DNA from: Alphaproteobacteria bacterium
Lineage (GTDB): Bacteria > Pseudomonadota > Alphaproteobacteria > UBA8366 > JADFVY01
Direction of reading: 5' to 3'
NCBI GenBank assembly: GCA_041584475.1
Contig: JBFHDX010000002.1
Location: forward strand, 13,309 to 77,308
DNA: 64,000 nucleotides
Shown: positions 1 through 14,846 of the stretch, piece by piece
Layout of the letters: each line of letters begins with the position of its first letter
How positions within the stretch are numbered: position 1 is the first letter of the stretch
The notes under the pieces: generated by a model
Database searches by the model: none
The model's input: only the letters and a program-made list of their open reading frames with translations
What the model was told of the DNA's origin: nothing
Position numbers and translations under genes: made by a program

Positions 1-44
1 GCTGGGGGCAGGCGCGGGTGCCGGCGGCGGGGCCGGCGCCATGA
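1..44 (+). CDS. 3' end of upstream gene, probably RuvC (partial)
   Basis: Frame 3 is open to a TGA at 42-44 that overlaps the ruvA ATG (ATGA). ruvC-ruvA-ruvB is the usual order; the identity is inferred from synteny only. Confidence 0.35.
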   Translation, partial: WGQARVPAAGPAP

Positions 45-658
45 TCGCCCGGCTGACCGGATCGGTGCAGGTCATCGGCGACGACCGCGCCATCGTCGAG
101 GTCGGCGGCGTCGGCTACCTCGTCTACTGTTCCGGCCGCACGCTGGCCCGTGTGCCGGTGGACGGGCAAAGCGTGCAATTGCACATAGAGACCCACGTGC
201 GCGAGGATCACATCCATCTCTACGGTTTCGTCGAACACGCCGAACACGAGTGGTTCCGTCTGCTGACGACGGTGCAGGGGGTCGGCGCGCGGGTCGCGCT
301 GGCGATCTTGACGGTGCTTTCGGCGGACGAGCTGCTGCGGGCGGTGGCGTCCGGCGACAAGACGGCGGTGACGCGCGCCAGCGGCGTCGGCCCCAAGCTC
401 GCCGGGCGTATCGTCGCCGAGCTCAGGGACAAGGTCGGCGGGCTGGCGCTCGGCCCCGGGGCGATGGCAGGGGTCGCGCATGCTGGGATGACGGCCGTGC
501 CGGCGACGCCCGATGTCGATGCCGTATCGGCGCTGGTCAACCTCGGATACGGGCGCAGCGAGGCGTTCGCGGCCGTCGCCCGCGCCGGCAACCGGCTCGG
601 CGGTGACGCGGCGCTGCCCGACCTGATCCGCGCCGGGCTCGAGGAGCTGGCCCCATGA
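41..658 (+). CDS. ruvA: Holliday junction branch migration protein RuvA
   Basis: MIARLTG start, VGGVGY, HVRED, LYGF, HhH motifs VQGVG/GVGPK, C-terminal [10 protein letters not shown]. Confidence 0.97.
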   Translation: MIARLTGSVQVIGDDRAIVEVGGVGYLVYCSGRTLARVPVDGQSVQLHIETHVREDHIHLYGFVEHAEHEWFRLLTTVQGVGARVALAILTVLSADELLRAVASGDKTAVTRASGVGPKLAGRIVAELRDKVGGLALGPGAMAGVAHAGMTAVPATPDVDAVSALVNLGYGRSEAFAAVARAGNRLGGDAALPDLIRAGLEELAP

Positions 659-1716
659 GCGAGAGCGCCGACCGCGTCGTGAAGCCCGATTTCGGCGACA
701 TCGACGGCGCCGAGGTGGCGCTGCGGCCGCAGACCCTCGGCGAGTTCGTCGGCCAGACCGCGGTGCGCGAGAACCTCGGCGTGTTCATCCAGGCGGCCCG
801 TGCCCGCGGCGAGGCGATGGACCACGTGCTGTTCCACGGCCCGCCCGGCCTCGGCAAGACGACGCTGGCGCAGATCGTCGCGCGCGAGCTCGGCGTCGGG
901 TTTCGCGGAACATCGGGCCCGGTGCTCGCCAAGGCCGGCGACCTCGCGGCGATCCTCACCAACCTGCAGCCGCGCGACGTGCTGTTCATCGACGAGATCC
1001 ACCGTCTCAACCCGGCGGTCGAGGAGATCCTCTATCCGGCGATGGAGGATTTCCAGCTCGACCTGATCATCGGCGAGGGACCGGCCGCCAAATCGATCCG
1101 CATCGACCTGCCGCCCTTCACGCTGATCGCCGCGACGACCCGCTCGGGCCTGATCACGCGGCCGCTGCGCGAGCGCTTCGGCATTCCCATGCGGCTTGAG
1201 TTCTACGATGTCGAGGAGCTGACGGTGATCGTCGAGCGCAGCGCGCGCCTGCTCGGCGCGACGATGACCGCCGAGGGCGCCCGCGAGGTGGCGCGGCGCA
1301 GCCGCGGCACGCCGCGCGTCGCCGGCCGGCTGCTGCGGCGCGTGCGCGATTTCGCGGCGATCGACGGCGACGCGGAGATCGACGCCGAGACCGCGGACTC
1401 GGCCCTGCGGCGGCTCGAGGTCGATCGCCAGGGCCTCGATGCCATGGACCGGCGTTACCTCGCCTGCATCGCCGAGAATTACGGCGGCGGACCGGTCGGC
1501 GTCGAGACGCTGGCGGCAGCGCTGTCGGAGCAGCGCGACGTGCTCGAGGAGGTGATCGAGCCCTATCTCGTCCAGCAGGGCCTGCTGCAGCGCACGCCGC
1601 GCGGCCGCATGCTGGCGCTGCAGGGCTGGACCTTTCTCGGCCATACGCCGCCCGACGGCGCGGCGGCGCAGCTCGATCTCCTCGGCGGCGACGAGGCCGC
1701 GAACGGCGATGGTTGA
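655..1716 (+). CDS. ruvB: Holliday junction branch migration ATPase RuvB
   Basis: [12 protein letters not shown], Walker [27 protein letters not shown]...RTPRGR. Confidence 0.98.
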   Translation: MSESADRVVKPDFGDIDGAEVALRPQTLGEFVGQTAVRENLGVFIQAARARGEAMDHVLFHGPPGLGKTTLAQIVARELGVGFRGTSGPVLAKAGDLAAILTNLQPRDVLFIDEIHRLNPAVEEILYPAMEDFQLDLIIGEGPAAKSIRIDLPPFTLIAATTRSGLITRPLRERFGIPMRLEFYDVEELTVIVERSARLLGATMTAEGAREVARRSRGTPRVAGRLLRRVRDFAAIDGDAEIDAETADSALRRLEVDRQGLDAMDRRYLACIAENYGGGPVGVETLAAALSEQRDVLEEVIEPYLVQQGLLQRTPRGRMLALQGWTFLGHTPPDGAAAQLDLLGGDEAANGDG

Positions 1717-2140
1717 CGGCGCACCCCCCGGCACCCACGTTACGCCCGTCCGCGTGTATTACGAGGACACGGACGCCGGCGGCATCGTGTATTACGCCAA
1801 CTATTTGAAGTTCGCCGAGCGCGGCCGCACCGAGTTCCTGCGCGAGATCAGCGGCGGCCACTATGCGCGCATGCTGGACGAGGGGTTCGGCTTCGTCGTC
1901 CGCCGCTGCACGATCGACTACAGCCGGCCGGCGCGGCTCGACGACATGCTTGAGGTCCGCTCGCGGCTGCTCGGTCTCGGCGCCGCCTCGCTGACGGCGG
2001 AACAGATCGTGCGCCGCGACGGCGAGGATCTCGTGCGCATGGTGGTCGATCTCGCCTGCGTCGGGGCCGACGGGCGCCCGGCGCGCATTCCGCGGCCGCT
2101 GCGCGACGCGATGCGGGCGTTCGGCGCGGTCGCCGCTTAA
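1709..2140 (+). CDS. ybgC: Tol-Pal-associated acyl-CoA thioesterase YbgC
   Basis: [28 protein letters not shown] hotdog motif; lies between ruvB and tolQ. Confidence 0.93.
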   Translation: MVDGAPPGTHVTPVRVYYEDTDAGGIVYYANYLKFAERGRTEFLREISGGHYARMLDEGFGFVVRRCTIDYSRPARLDDMLEVRSRLLGLGAASLTAEQIVRRDGEDLVRMVVDLACVGADGRPARIPRPLRDAMRAFGAVAA

Positions 2141-2180
2141 CCGCTTGTCAATCCTTCACGGGGTAAGAGCACACACTGAG

Positions 2181-2909
2181 ATGGAAACCAACGTTATCGA
2201 CTCGGTAACCCTCGGCGGCTCGGTGGCCGCCACCGATCTCTCCTTCATGGGCCTGTTCTGGTCGGCGCACTGGATCGTGCAGTCGGTGATCGTCGTCCTG
2301 GTCATCGCGTCGATCGTCTGCTGGGCGATCATCTTCGAGAAGATCGCGCGGCTGCAGATCCTCGACCGCAAGGCCAACCGCTTCGAGGACGCCTTCTGGT
2401 CCGGCGGCTCGCTCGACGATCTCTATGAGAAGGTCGGGCAACGCCCGCGCGACCCGATGTCCGCCGTGTTCTCGGCGGCCATGCGCGAATGGCGGCGTAC
2501 GCTCAGTCGGCGGCGCGCCGGCGGATCGATGACCGGCAGCCTGCAGGAGCGCATCGACCGCGTCATGCACGTCACCGTCGGCCGCGAGATGGAGCGCGCC
2601 GAGAAGCACATGACGTTCCTCGCCTCGGTCGGCTCGACGGCGCCGTTCATCGGCCTGTTCGGCACGGTGCTCGGCATCATGAATAGCTTCCAGATGATCG
2701 CGATCTCCAAGCAGACGACGCTCGCCGTCGTCGCGCCGGGCATCGCCGAGGCGCTGTTCGCGACGGCGCTCGGCCTGATCGCGGCGATCCCCGCGGTCGT
2801 CGCCTACAACAAGCTGTCGACCGACCTCAACCGCTATGCCGGCCGGCTCGAGGCCTTCGCCGGCGAGTTCAGCGCCATCCTCTCGCGCCAGATCGAGGAG
2901 GCCGAGTAG
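2181..2909 (+). CDS. tolQ: TolQ
   Basis: FLASVGSTAPFIGLFGTV and VAPGIAEALFATALGL. The ATG at 2181 is preferred over the TTG at 2145. Confidence 0.95.
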   Translation: METNVIDSVTLGGSVAATDLSFMGLFWSAHWIVQSVIVVLVIASIVCWAIIFEKIARLQILDRKANRFEDAFWSGGSLDDLYEKVGQRPRDPMSAVFSAAMREWRRTLSRRRAGGSMTGSLQERIDRVMHVTVGREMERAEKHMTFLASVGSTAPFIGLFGTVLGIMNSFQMIAISKQTTLAVVAPGIAEALFATALGLIAAIPAVVAYNKLSTDLNRYAGRLEAFAGEFSAILSRQIEEAE

Positions 2910-2913
2910 CGCC

Positions 2914-3363
2914 ATGGCGGTCAGTATCCGCAGCCGGGAATTCAAGCTACGCAGCCGCCGCCACCGGCCGATGTCGGAGATCAACGTGACGCCGTTCGTC
3001 GACGTCATGCTCGTCCTGCTGGTCGTGTTCATGGTTACGGCGCCGCTGCTCAGCGTCGGCGTGCCGGTCGATCTGCCGAAGACCGAGGCGGCCTCGATCA
3101 ACAATCCCGACGAGCCGATCGTCATCTCGATCGATTCGCGGGGCGCCATCTACATCCAGGAAAGCGAGATCCCCATCGCCAATCTGGCGCCGCGGCTCGA
3201 GGCGATCACCGGCGCCAACCCCGACGCGCGCATCTTCGTGCGCGGCGACAAGGGCATCGCCTACGGCAAGGTCATGGAGGTGATGGGCCGGATCAGCGTC
3301 GCCGGATACAGCAAGGTATCCCTGCTCGCCGAGCTACCGGACCAGCGCAAAAAGAAGAAGTAG
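2914..3363 (+). CDS. tolR: TolR
   Basis: SEINVTPFVDVMLVLLVVFMVTAP and RGDKGIAYG; ATG 4 nt after the tolQ stop. Confidence 0.95.
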   Translation: MAVSIRSREFKLRSRRHRPMSEINVTPFVDVMLVLLVVFMVTAPLLSVGVPVDLPKTEAASINNPDEPIVISIDSRGAIYIQESEIPIANLAPRLEAITGANPDARIFVRGDKGIAYGKVMEVMGRISVAGYSKVSLLAELPDQRKKKK

Positions 3364-3370
3364 TCCAGCC

Positions 3371-4231
3371 ATGCGTATGCGCAGGGCGCTTCTCTACTCG
3401 ACGCTCATGCACATCGCGATCGCGGTGCTGGCATGGATCGAGGCCCCGTGGCGGGGCTCGCTGAGCGTCGAGGAAGAGCGCGTCATCGCGGTCGAGATCG
3501 CCGACATCTCGCAGGTCACCGAGCGACGCCTGGCGACGCCCAAACCAGCGCCGCCGCCGGCGCCGCCGAAGCCGGACCCGGCACCGCGCGAGCAGGTCGC
3601 GGCCCTGCCGCCGCCGGCGCCGAAGCCCGTCGAGCCGGAGCCGGAGGTGGTCCCGATCCCGACGCCCGACCAGCCGGCGAGCACCGAGGAGGAGGCGCCG
3701 AGCCTGCCGGCGCGACCGCGGCCGAAGCCGGTACCGCCGCCCGAGGACGAATTCCAGTCGGTACTCAAGACCGTCGAGCTGCTCGAGCGCGAGGAGACCG
3801 AGCGGCCGAAGCCGAGCAGCAGCGACACCGCGAACCTGCTCGACGACCTCGCCGCGGTTCTCGACAGCGCGGAGGAGACGCCGCCGCCGCAACAGGCGCG
3901 GATACTCAGCAATCAGCTGACGATGAGCGAGGAGGACGCCCTCAGCCAGCATATCGGCAGATGCTGGAACGTTCCCGTCGGTGCGCGCAACCCGGAGGAG
4001 CTGGCGGTCGTCATACGTCTGTATATGAACCGCGACGGAACCGTGCGCAGGGCCGAAGTCGTCGACGCGAGCCGGATGAGCGTCGATCGGTTCTTCCGTG
4101 CCGCCGCGGAATCCGCGATGCGGGCGGTCCTCAACCAGCGCTGTCAGCCCCTGCCCATACCTCCCGGCAAGTACGAGCAGCTCAAGGTTTTCACATTCAA
4201 TTTCGATCCTAGCAAGATGGTGGGTAGATAA
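3371..4231 (+). CDS. tolA: TolA/TonB-like energy transducer
   Basis: N-terminal TM helix with S...H motif, Pro/Glu-rich linker, C-terminal CWNVP...AAESAMRAV...FDP domain; sits between tolR and tolB. Confidence 0.85.
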   Translation: MRMRRALLYSTLMHIAIAVLAWIEAPWRGSLSVEEERVIAVEIADISQVTERRLATPKPAPPPAPPKPDPAPREQVAALPPPAPKPVEPEPEVVPIPTPDQPASTEEEAPSLPARPRPKPVPPPEDEFQSVLKTVELLEREETERPKPSSSDTANLLDDLAAVLDSAEETPPPQQARILSNQLTMSEEDALSQHIGRCWNVPVGARNPEELAVVIRLYMNRDGTVRRAEVVDASRMSVDRFFRAAAESAMRAVLNQRCQPLPIPPGKYEQLKVFTFNFDPSKMVGR

Positions 4232-5604
4232 TGAGCAGTAACCGGCGCCGTGCGGCCAGCAACCTGGGCCCGCACCTGTTCCGTCGATCCTTCTTGGTGG
4301 CCATTCTGGCCATTGCGGCCGGTGTTCTCACCCCGCCGACGCTGGCCGAAATCCGCATCGACGTGACGCGCGGCAACGTCGACCCGCTGCCGATCGCGAT
4401 CACCGCCTTCCACAGCGTAGAGGCCGGGCCGCAGCAGGTCGGCCGCGACGTCGCCGCGGTGATCGCCGCCGATCTCGAGCGATCCGGCCTGTTCACCTCG
4501 ATCGACGAGCGCGCCTTCATCCAGTCGCCGGAATCGCTGCAGGTCCGCCCGCGCTTCTCTGACTGGCGGGTGATCAACGCGCAGGCGCTGGTCAGCGGCA
4601 GCGTGCGCTTCGAGCTGGACGGCCGGCTGCGCTTCGAGTTCAGGCTCTGGGACGTGTTCGCCGAGACGCAGATGGCCGGCTTCGCGTATACGACGCCTTA
4701 CAGCAACTGGCGCCGCGTCGCGCACATCATCGCCGACGCGGTCTACAAGCGGATCACCGGCGAGGAAGGCTATTTCGACAGCCGTATCGTCTATATCGCC
4801 GAGACCGGCGACCACACTCGCCGCGTCAAGAGGCTGGCGATCATGGACCAGGACGGCGCCAACCACAAATTCCTCACCGACGGCAGCGCCCTCGTGCTGA
4901 CGCCTCGTTTCTCGCCGACGCGGCAGGAGATCACCTACCTGTCCTATTTCAACGACACGCCGCGCGTCTATCTGTTCGACATCAACACCGGCCGGCAGGA
5001 GATGCTCGGCGCCTTCGAGGGCATGACCTTCGCACCGCGCTTCTCGCCGGACGGCAACTCGGTGGTCATGTCCTACGCCAAGGACGGCAATTCCGACATC
5101 TGGGTGATGGACCTGCGGACGCGCAGCGCGCGTCAGATCACCTTCGACCCGGCAATCGACACCTCGCCGTCCTATTCGCCGGACGGCCGCCAGATCGTGT
5201 TCAACTCGGACCGCGGCGGCACGCAGCAGCTCTACGTCATGGACGCGAACGGCCGCAACGTCCGCCGCATCAGCTTCGGGCAGGGCCGCTACGCGACGCC
5301 CGTCTGGTCGCCGCGCGGCGACCTGATCGCCTTCACCAAGTTCTTCGACGGCCGCTTCTATATCGGCGTCATGCGCCCCGACGGCACCGGCGAGCGGCTG
5401 CTTACCGAGAGCTTCCTCGACGAAGCGCCGACCTGGTCGCCGAACGGCCGCGTTCTGATCTTCTTCAGGCAGACTCCGACGGCGCGCAGCGGCAAGGGCG
5501 GCATCACCAAACTGTATTCGGTCGACCTCACCGGATACAACCTGAGGGAAATCAAGACGCCGGTCGATGCATCGGATCCCGCGTGGTCGCCAATAAATCG
5601 TTAA
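4231..5604 (+). CDS. tolB: Tol-Pal beta-propeller protein TolB
   Basis: Signal peptide, [27 protein letters not shown]40 repeats (PRFSPDG, PSYSPDG, PVWSPRG). Confidence 0.97.
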   Translation: MSSNRRRAASNLGPHLFRRSFLVAILAIAAGVLTPPTLAEIRIDVTRGNVDPLPIAITAFHSVEAGPQQVGRDVAAVIAADLERSGLFTSIDERAFIQSPESLQVRPRFSDWRVINAQALVSGSVRFELDGRLRFEFRLWDVFAETQMAGFAYTTPYSNWRRVAHIIADAVYKRITGEEGYFDSRIVYIAETGDHTRRVKRLAIMDQDGANHKFLTDGSALVLTPRFSPTRQEITYLSYFNDTPRVYLFDINTGRQEMLGAFEGMTFAPRFSPDGNSVVMSYAKDGNSDIWVMDLRTRSARQITFDPAIDTSPSYSPDGRQIVFNSDRGGTQQLYVMDANGRNVRRISFGQGRYATPVWSPRGDLIAFTKFFDGRFYIGVMRPDGTGERLLTESFLDEAPTWSPNGRVLIFFRQTPTARSGKGGITKLYSVDLTGYNLREIKTPVDASDPAWSPINR

Positions 5605-5759
5605 GGCTGCCCCTAAAATGCCTTGGATTTGCCCAAAAAAATTGCGGGATTCCGGCGTTCCCATGGTTGTATTCGCCGCAATCGCGTGGTTATATGTGCC
5701 ACGTATCGTTTGGGGTACGAACCTGGTTATTTCCTTTTGACCTCTAAGGGGGGTTATAG

Positions 5760-6260
5760 ATGCGCGTAACAGTTCTTGGCCTCATGGCCGCACTCTTGTT
5801 TGCTGCCGGTTGTGCGACGGAAGCGGATGAGACAGCCGAAGTGGATACCGGCGGCGAGATGGTGATGGATACCGGGACCGGTATCGTTCCCGGCTCGCAG
5901 GAGGATCTCGTTGTCAATGTCGGTGACCGCGTGTTCTTCGATTTCGACAAGTCGGACCTTCGTCCGGACGCCATCGAGACGCTCAACCGCCAGGCCGACT
6001 GGCTGAAGACCTATCCGTCGGTGACGGTGACGATCGAAGGCCATTGCGACGAACGCGGCACGCGCGAATACAACCTCGCGCTGGGTGAGCGGCGCGCCAG
6101 CTCGGCGAAGCAGTATCTCGAGAGCATGGGCATCGGCGGCGGCCGTCTCGACACCATCAGCTACGGCAAGGAGCGTCCTGCCGTCCTCGGTTCGAACGAG
6201 GCCGCGTGGGCGCAGAACCGCCGCGCCGTGATGGTCGTAAGGTCCGGCCCCGGCGCCTGA
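5760..6260 (+). CDS. pal: Peptidoglycan-associated lipoprotein Pal
   Basis: Lipobox AAGC; OmpA-like IEGHCDERGTREYNLALGERRA, SYGKERP, NRR. Confidence 0.97.
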   Translation: MRVTVLGLMAALLFAAGCATEADETAEVDTGGEMVMDTGTGIVPGSQEDLVVNVGDRVFFDFDKSDLRPDAIETLNRQADWLKTYPSVTVTIEGHCDERGTREYNLALGERRASSAKQYLESMGIGGGRLDTISYGKERPAVLGSNEAAWAQNRRAVMVVRSGPGA

Positions 6261-6282
6261 TCCTGCGCCAGACCTGATTTCG

Positions 6283-6320
6283 CAAGCGGCTCCGGCTTCC
6301 GCCGGGGCCGCTTGTTGCTT
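6283..6320 (+). terminator. Hairpin / intrinsic terminator after pal
   Basis: 14-bp stem CAAGCGGCTCCGGC-TTCC-GCCGGGGCCGCTTG followed by TTGCTT. Confidence 0.65.
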
Positions 6321-6374
6321 CCGCAGACCGATGGCGCCATATTCTTGCCGAACATGGACCATATGGTCGAAGCC

Positions 6375-7241
6375 ATGAAAATCCGCATGACGAAGACACG
6401 ACGGGCAAGCACCGGCATTGCCGGCGCGCTGTTTCTCGCGGCGTCGCTCGCCGTCCTGCCGGCCATCCCCGCAGCGGCGCAGGACTCCAACCTCGCCCGC
6501 CAGGTTGAACGGCTGCGCCGCGATCTCAACGATCTGCAGCGCCACGTCTACCGGGGCACGCCCTCCGGCACGGCGACGGCCGACAGCGGCGTCACGGCGC
6601 GGCTGACCCTGCAGGTGACGCAGATGCAGGACCAGATGCGGGCGATGAACGGCCGTGTCGAGGAGATCGAGCACCGTATCCGCGTGCTCGAGCAGCGTCT
6701 CGACCGGATGGCCGAGGATCTGGAGCTCAGGCTGCAGTCGATCGAGGACAAGATCGCCGCCGGCGGGCCGGTGCGCGGTCCCGGCGGCGACACGGCGGTG
6801 ACGCCGCGTGCAAACGACGCGGCGACCGCGGCGCTCGCCGCCATGCCCAAGGACGGAACGGCGCGCCAGCAGTACGACTACGCGTTCGAGTTCCTGAAGG
6901 ATCGTGACTTCGGGACCGCGGCGGTCACCCTGCAGGCCTTTCTCGACCGCAATCCCAGCGATCCGCTCGCCAGCAACGCGCTCTACTGGCTCGGCGAGAC
7001 CCACTATCTTCAGAAGGACTACCGTGAGGCCGCCAAGGTCTTTCTCGACGGCTACAAGCGCTTTCCACAGGGCGCCAAGGCCCCGGACAGCCTGCTCAAG
7101 CTCGGCATGTCGCTGGCCGCGCTCGAGGAGGACGATTCGGCCTGCAAGACGTTCGCGAAACTGAGGTCGAGCTTCCCGAAGGCGCCGTCGCGGATCCTGC
7201 GCGCGGCCGAGAGCGAGCAGAAGAAGCTGAAGTGTCGGTAA
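6375..7241 (+). CDS. cpoB: Cell division coordinator CpoB (YbgF)
   Basis: Signal peptide, coiled coil, TPR with NALYWLGE and KAPDSLLKLG; follows pal. Start uncertain (6375 or 6387). Confidence 0.9.
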   Translation: MKIRMTKTRRASTGIAGALFLAASLAVLPAIPAAAQDSNLARQVERLRRDLNDLQRHVYRGTPSGTATADSGVTARLTLQVTQMQDQMRAMNGRVEEIEHRIRVLEQRLDRMAEDLELRLQSIEDKIAAGGPVRGPGGDTAVTPRANDAATAALAAMPKDGTARQQYDYAFEFLKDRDFGTAAVTLQAFLDRNPSDPLASNALYWLGETHYLQKDYREAAKVFLDGYKRFPQGAKAPDSLLKLGMSLAALEEDDSACKTFAKLRSSFPKAPSRILRAAESEQKKLKCR

Positions 7242-8587
7242 ACCGCGGAGAGGCTGCGGCGACACCCCTGGCGGCAGAGGAATTCGTCGGCCTGATGCGC
7301 GCACTCGGGCCGTTCGAATCGATGCCGTACATCGCTGTCGCCTGCTCGGGCGGCGCCGACAGCCTGGCGCTGACGCTGCTTGCCGATGAATGGGCGCGGG
7401 CGCGCAACGGCCGCGCAACCGCGTTGATCGTCGATCACGGGCTGCGGCCCGAAGCCGCCGACGAGGCGGCACGGGTCTCGCGCTGGCTCACGGCGCTCGA
7501 CGTCGACAACGTCGTGCTTGCGCTGGGCGGCGGTCTCGGCACCGCCAATCTGCAGGCAGCGGCGCGGCACGCGCGCTTCGTCGCGCTGCGCGACTGGTGC
7601 CGTTCGGCCGGGGTGCTGCATCTGCTGCTCGCGCACCATCGCCGCGACCAGGCGGAGACGCTGATGCTGAGGCTGGCGCGGGGCAGCGGCGTCGACGGGC
7701 TGGCGGCGATGGCACCGGTGCACGAACTGCCCGAGGTCCGCGTGCTGCGGCCGCTGCTCGACATTGCCCCGGCGCGGCTGTCGGCGCTGCTCGAGTCGCG
7801 GCGCCAGCCCTTTGTCGACGATCCCTCGAACCGGGACCGTGCGTTCGCGCGCGTGCGCATGCGCTCGTTGATGCCGGCGCTCACGCGCGAGGGCGCCGGG
7901 GACGCGCGCCTGGCCGGGACCGCGCGGCGCATGGCGCGGGCGAGGGCGGCGCTCGAGAGCGCGGCGACCGCACTGCTGGCCGAGGCCGCCGAGATCTATC
8001 CGCAGGGTTACGCGACCGTTGCGTCCGCGCGTCTGCTGGCGGCACCAGAGGAAATCGGATTGCGGGCGCTCGCGCGTCTGCTCGCCTGTATCGGCGGTGC
8101 GGCGTATGGCGGCCGCCTGGAGCGCCTGGAGCGGCTGCACGCCTGGTTGGGGCAGGACGATACGGGCGCCGGGCGGACGCTGGGGGGCTGCCGCGTACTG
8201 CGCCGCGGCGGCAACCTGTTGATCTGCCGCGAGCCGTCCGCCGTCGAGCCGGCCCGGCCGGCGCGCGACGGGGTCGTGTGGGACGGCCGCTTCCGGCTGC
8301 TGCTGCGCGAAGCGGCGCCGCAGGGCGCGCGCATCGGTGCGCTCGGTCGCGACGGCTGGTCGCGCGTCGTCGCGGAGCGGCCGGAACTGGCCGCTGCCGG
8401 GCTTCCGGCAGCCGTGCGCCCGGCGTTGCCGGCCCTGCTGGACCTTGACGGGGTGCTCGCCGTACCCCACCTCAGTTACCGGCGGGACCGGCCGACCGAC
8501 GCGGCTTCGTCGGCGTCCGCGATCGCCTTTCAGCCGACGCGTCAACTGGGCGCGGCGGCATTTGTTGCAGGCGCGGCCTATGCTTAG
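7232..8587 (+). CDS. tilS: tRNA(Ile)-lysidine synthetase
   Basis: PP-loop ACSGGADS, VDHGLR, AHHRRDQAET, RPLL, DDPSN. Confidence 0.95.
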   Translation: MSVNRGEAAATPLAAEEFVGLMRALGPFESMPYIAVACSGGADSLALTLLADEWARARNGRATALIVDHGLRPEAADEAARVSRWLTALDVDNVVLALGGGLGTANLQAAARHARFVALRDWCRSAGVLHLLLAHHRRDQAETLMLRLARGSGVDGLAAMAPVHELPEVRVLRPLLDIAPARLSALLESRRQPFVDDPSNRDRAFARVRMRSLMPALTREGAGDARLAGTARRMARARAALESAATALLAEAAEIYPQGYATVASARLLAAPEEIGLRALARLLACIGGAAYGGRLERLERLHAWLGQDDTGAGRTLGGCRVLRRGGNLLICREPSAVEPARPARDGVVWDGRFRLLLREAAPQGARIGALGRDGWSRVVAERPELAAAGLPAAVRPALPALLDLDGVLAVPHLSYRRDRPTDAASSASAIAFQPTRQLGAAAFVAGAAYA

Positions 8588-8677
8588 GCGCGAAAACAGA
8601 GTATCTTGAGACGCTTAGCGTCGCCGGGCCGGGGCGTCGCGGGGTGACGGAGAGCCGGCAAGCAAGGGGTCTACGCA

Positions 8678-10600
<1,923 letters not shown>

Positions 10601-10736
10601 CGGTCGACCGCGTCCGGACGGCGGCGGTGCGGCGCGTGGCGGACAATGTCCTGGCCGGGCCAGTGCCGCGGCGGCGTCGAGACCGGCGGCATCGGCGCTT
10701 TCGCTTGGGCAAAGACGGCCGCTATATTCCCGCTGG

Positions 10737-10752
10737 TTAATTCTCTGTTCAC
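10737..10752 (+). promoter_or_regulatory. Possible CtrA box upstream of glmM
   Basis: TTAA-ttctctg-TTCAC, one mismatch to TTAA-N7-TTAAC, in a GC-rich intergenic gap. Confidence 0.35.
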
Positions 10753-10833
10753 CCTGACTGCCGTAAGAGTGGTCTCGTCCGCAGCGGGTCAGGACGTACG
10801 GGGTGGTTCGGGGGCCTGGATCGAGGGACGCAG

Positions 10834-13085
<2,252 letters not shown>

Positions 13086-13187
13086 TTCCCGCGCCCGCCC
13101 GCGTCGCCATCGCGCGGCGGCGGTGGCGGGACGGCCGCACCTTCTGCTAGTCTCGCGGCGGGCAGGAGCGACGGGCGAGGGCGAACC

Positions 13188-14183
13188 ATGGCGGAACAGA
13201 TCGAGCTTCCGGCACTGCCCGGGATCATCCGCGCGCGCCGGCAATTGCGGCCGTATCTTGAGGAAACGCCGCTGGTGCGCAGCGAGCTGCTGTCGCGCGC
13301 GCTCGGCGCCGAGGTCTGGCTCAAGAACGAGACCGTCGGGCCGATCGCCAGCTTCAAGCTGCGCGGTGCGCTGACGCACCTGCTGCGCGTCGATACCCTG
13401 CGCGGCGCCGTCACCTCGTCGACGGGCAATCACGGCCAGGGCGTGGCCTATGCCGCCCGCCTGTTGGGTGTTCCTGCACATATTTTCCTGCCGGCCCGAA
13501 ACAATCCGGTCAAGCGGGCGATGATCCGGGCGTTCGGGGCGACGCTGCACGAGGTCGGCGACGATATCGATGCCGCCAAGGACGCGGCGCGCGACTATGC
13601 CGCCGGGCACGGTCTCGAGTTCGTCGACGACGGCGAAAGCCTCGCCATGATGGAGGGCGCGGGCACGGTCGGGCTCGAATGCGCCGAGCGGCTCGACCGC
13701 ATCGACTGGATGTTCGTGCCGATGGGCGCGGCGACGCTCGTCGGCGGCACGGCCGCCGCGCTCAAGGCGCTGCATCCGGCCGCCCGCATCGTCGCCGTGC
13801 AGGCGAAGGGTGCCCCCGCGATGGTCGAGAGTTTCCACGCCCGCCGGCCGGTCGAGGCGCCGATCGACACCGTGGCCGACGGGCTCGCCTGCCGCGTGCC
13901 GGCGCGGCGGGCCCTCGCCGCCCTGTGGGCCCTCGTCGACGACGCGATGACGGTCGGCGACGACGCCATGCTGGCGGCGCTGCGCAGCACGGCGGAGTGC
14001 GCCCATGTCCTCGTCGAGCCGGCGGGCGCGGCCGCCCTCGCCGCGGCCTGGCAGCGCCGCGACTCGTTGCGCGCGGCGCGGGTCGTCCTCGTGCTCAGCG
14101 GCGCCAACGTGCCCTCCGACGTGCTGCGCGAGGCGCTCGCTCGCGCGCCGCTGTTCGCGCTCGAGTCGGTGGCGGTGGATTAG
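13188..14183 (+). CDS. PLP-dependent threonine/serine dehydratase family protein (no ACT domain)
   Basis: TPL, LKNE...SFKLRGA (PLP lysine), STGNHGQG, TVADG, EPAGAAALAA, LSGAN. Confidence 0.85.
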   Translation: MAEQIELPALPGIIRARRQLRPYLEETPLVRSELLSRALGAEVWLKNETVGPIASFKLRGALTHLLRVDTLRGAVTSSTGNHGQGVAYAARLLGVPAHIFLPARNNPVKRAMIRAFGATLHEVGDDIDAAKDAARDYAAGHGLEFVDDGESLAMMEGAGTVGLECAERLDRIDWMFVPMGAATLVGGTAAALKALHPAARIVAVQAKGAPAMVESFHARRPVEAPIDTVADGLACRVPARRALAALWALVDDAMTVGDDAMLAALRSTAECAHVLVEPAGAAALAAAWQRRDSLRAARVVLVLSGANVPSDVLREALARAPLFALESVAVD

Positions 14184-14195
14184 GCGGGCGGCGCC

Positions 14196-14747
14196 GTGGC
14201 CGACACGCGACAGAGGCTGGAACTGGCCGAGGCGCGCTGGCCTGTCGATGGCGCGGCGGTCCGCGCGCTGTTCACCGAATACGCCGAATTCATGGGATAC
14301 GAGCTGTGCTTTCAGGGCTTCGCCCGGGAGCTGGAGGACCTGCCGGGCGATTATGCGCCGCCGGCGGGGACGCTGATTCTGGCGTGCGTCGGCGGCCGCC
14401 CGGCCGGCTGCGTCGCGATTCGGCCGGCTGTGCGGGGCCACGCCGAACTCTGCCGCCTGTTCGTCCGGCCGCGCCATCGCGGCGGCGGCATCGGGCGCGC
14501 GCTCGTGCGGCGGGCCATCGACTGGGCGGCCCGCTCGGGCTACGCCTGCATCGACCTCGAGACCGTGCCGACGCGCATGGCGACGGCCGAGCGCCTGTAC
14601 GCGCGGTTCGGTTTTGCTCCGGCCGCGTGCGCCCCGGCTACCGATCCCGCGGTCGCGTGCTACAGCCTCGCCCTCGACGATCGGGATCGGACGGTTGCTT
14701 CGCCGCAAGAACCGGGTGGCTCGCGGTCGCGCCCGGGGCGATATTGA
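14196..14747 (+). CDS. GNAT family N-acetyltransferase
   Basis: LFTEYA...LCFQGF..EL..LPGDY and RLFVRPRHRGGGIG acetyl-CoA motif A. Confidence 0.85.
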   Translation: MADTRQRLELAEARWPVDGAAVRALFTEYAEFMGYELCFQGFARELEDLPGDYAPPAGTLILACVGGRPAGCVAIRPAVRGHAELCRLFVRPRHRGGGIGRALVRRAIDWAARSGYACIDLETVPTRMATAERLYARFGFAPAACAPATDPAVACYSLALDDRDRTVASPQEPGGSRSRPGRY

Positions 14748-14846
14748 CGGCAGCGAGACGGATCGCCTACGGCGGATACCGCATGTCCGCGACGCGGCGG
14801 CGCCCGTCTCCAGCGATCAATTCTCGTCGGACTTGAGAGGGCTGAT

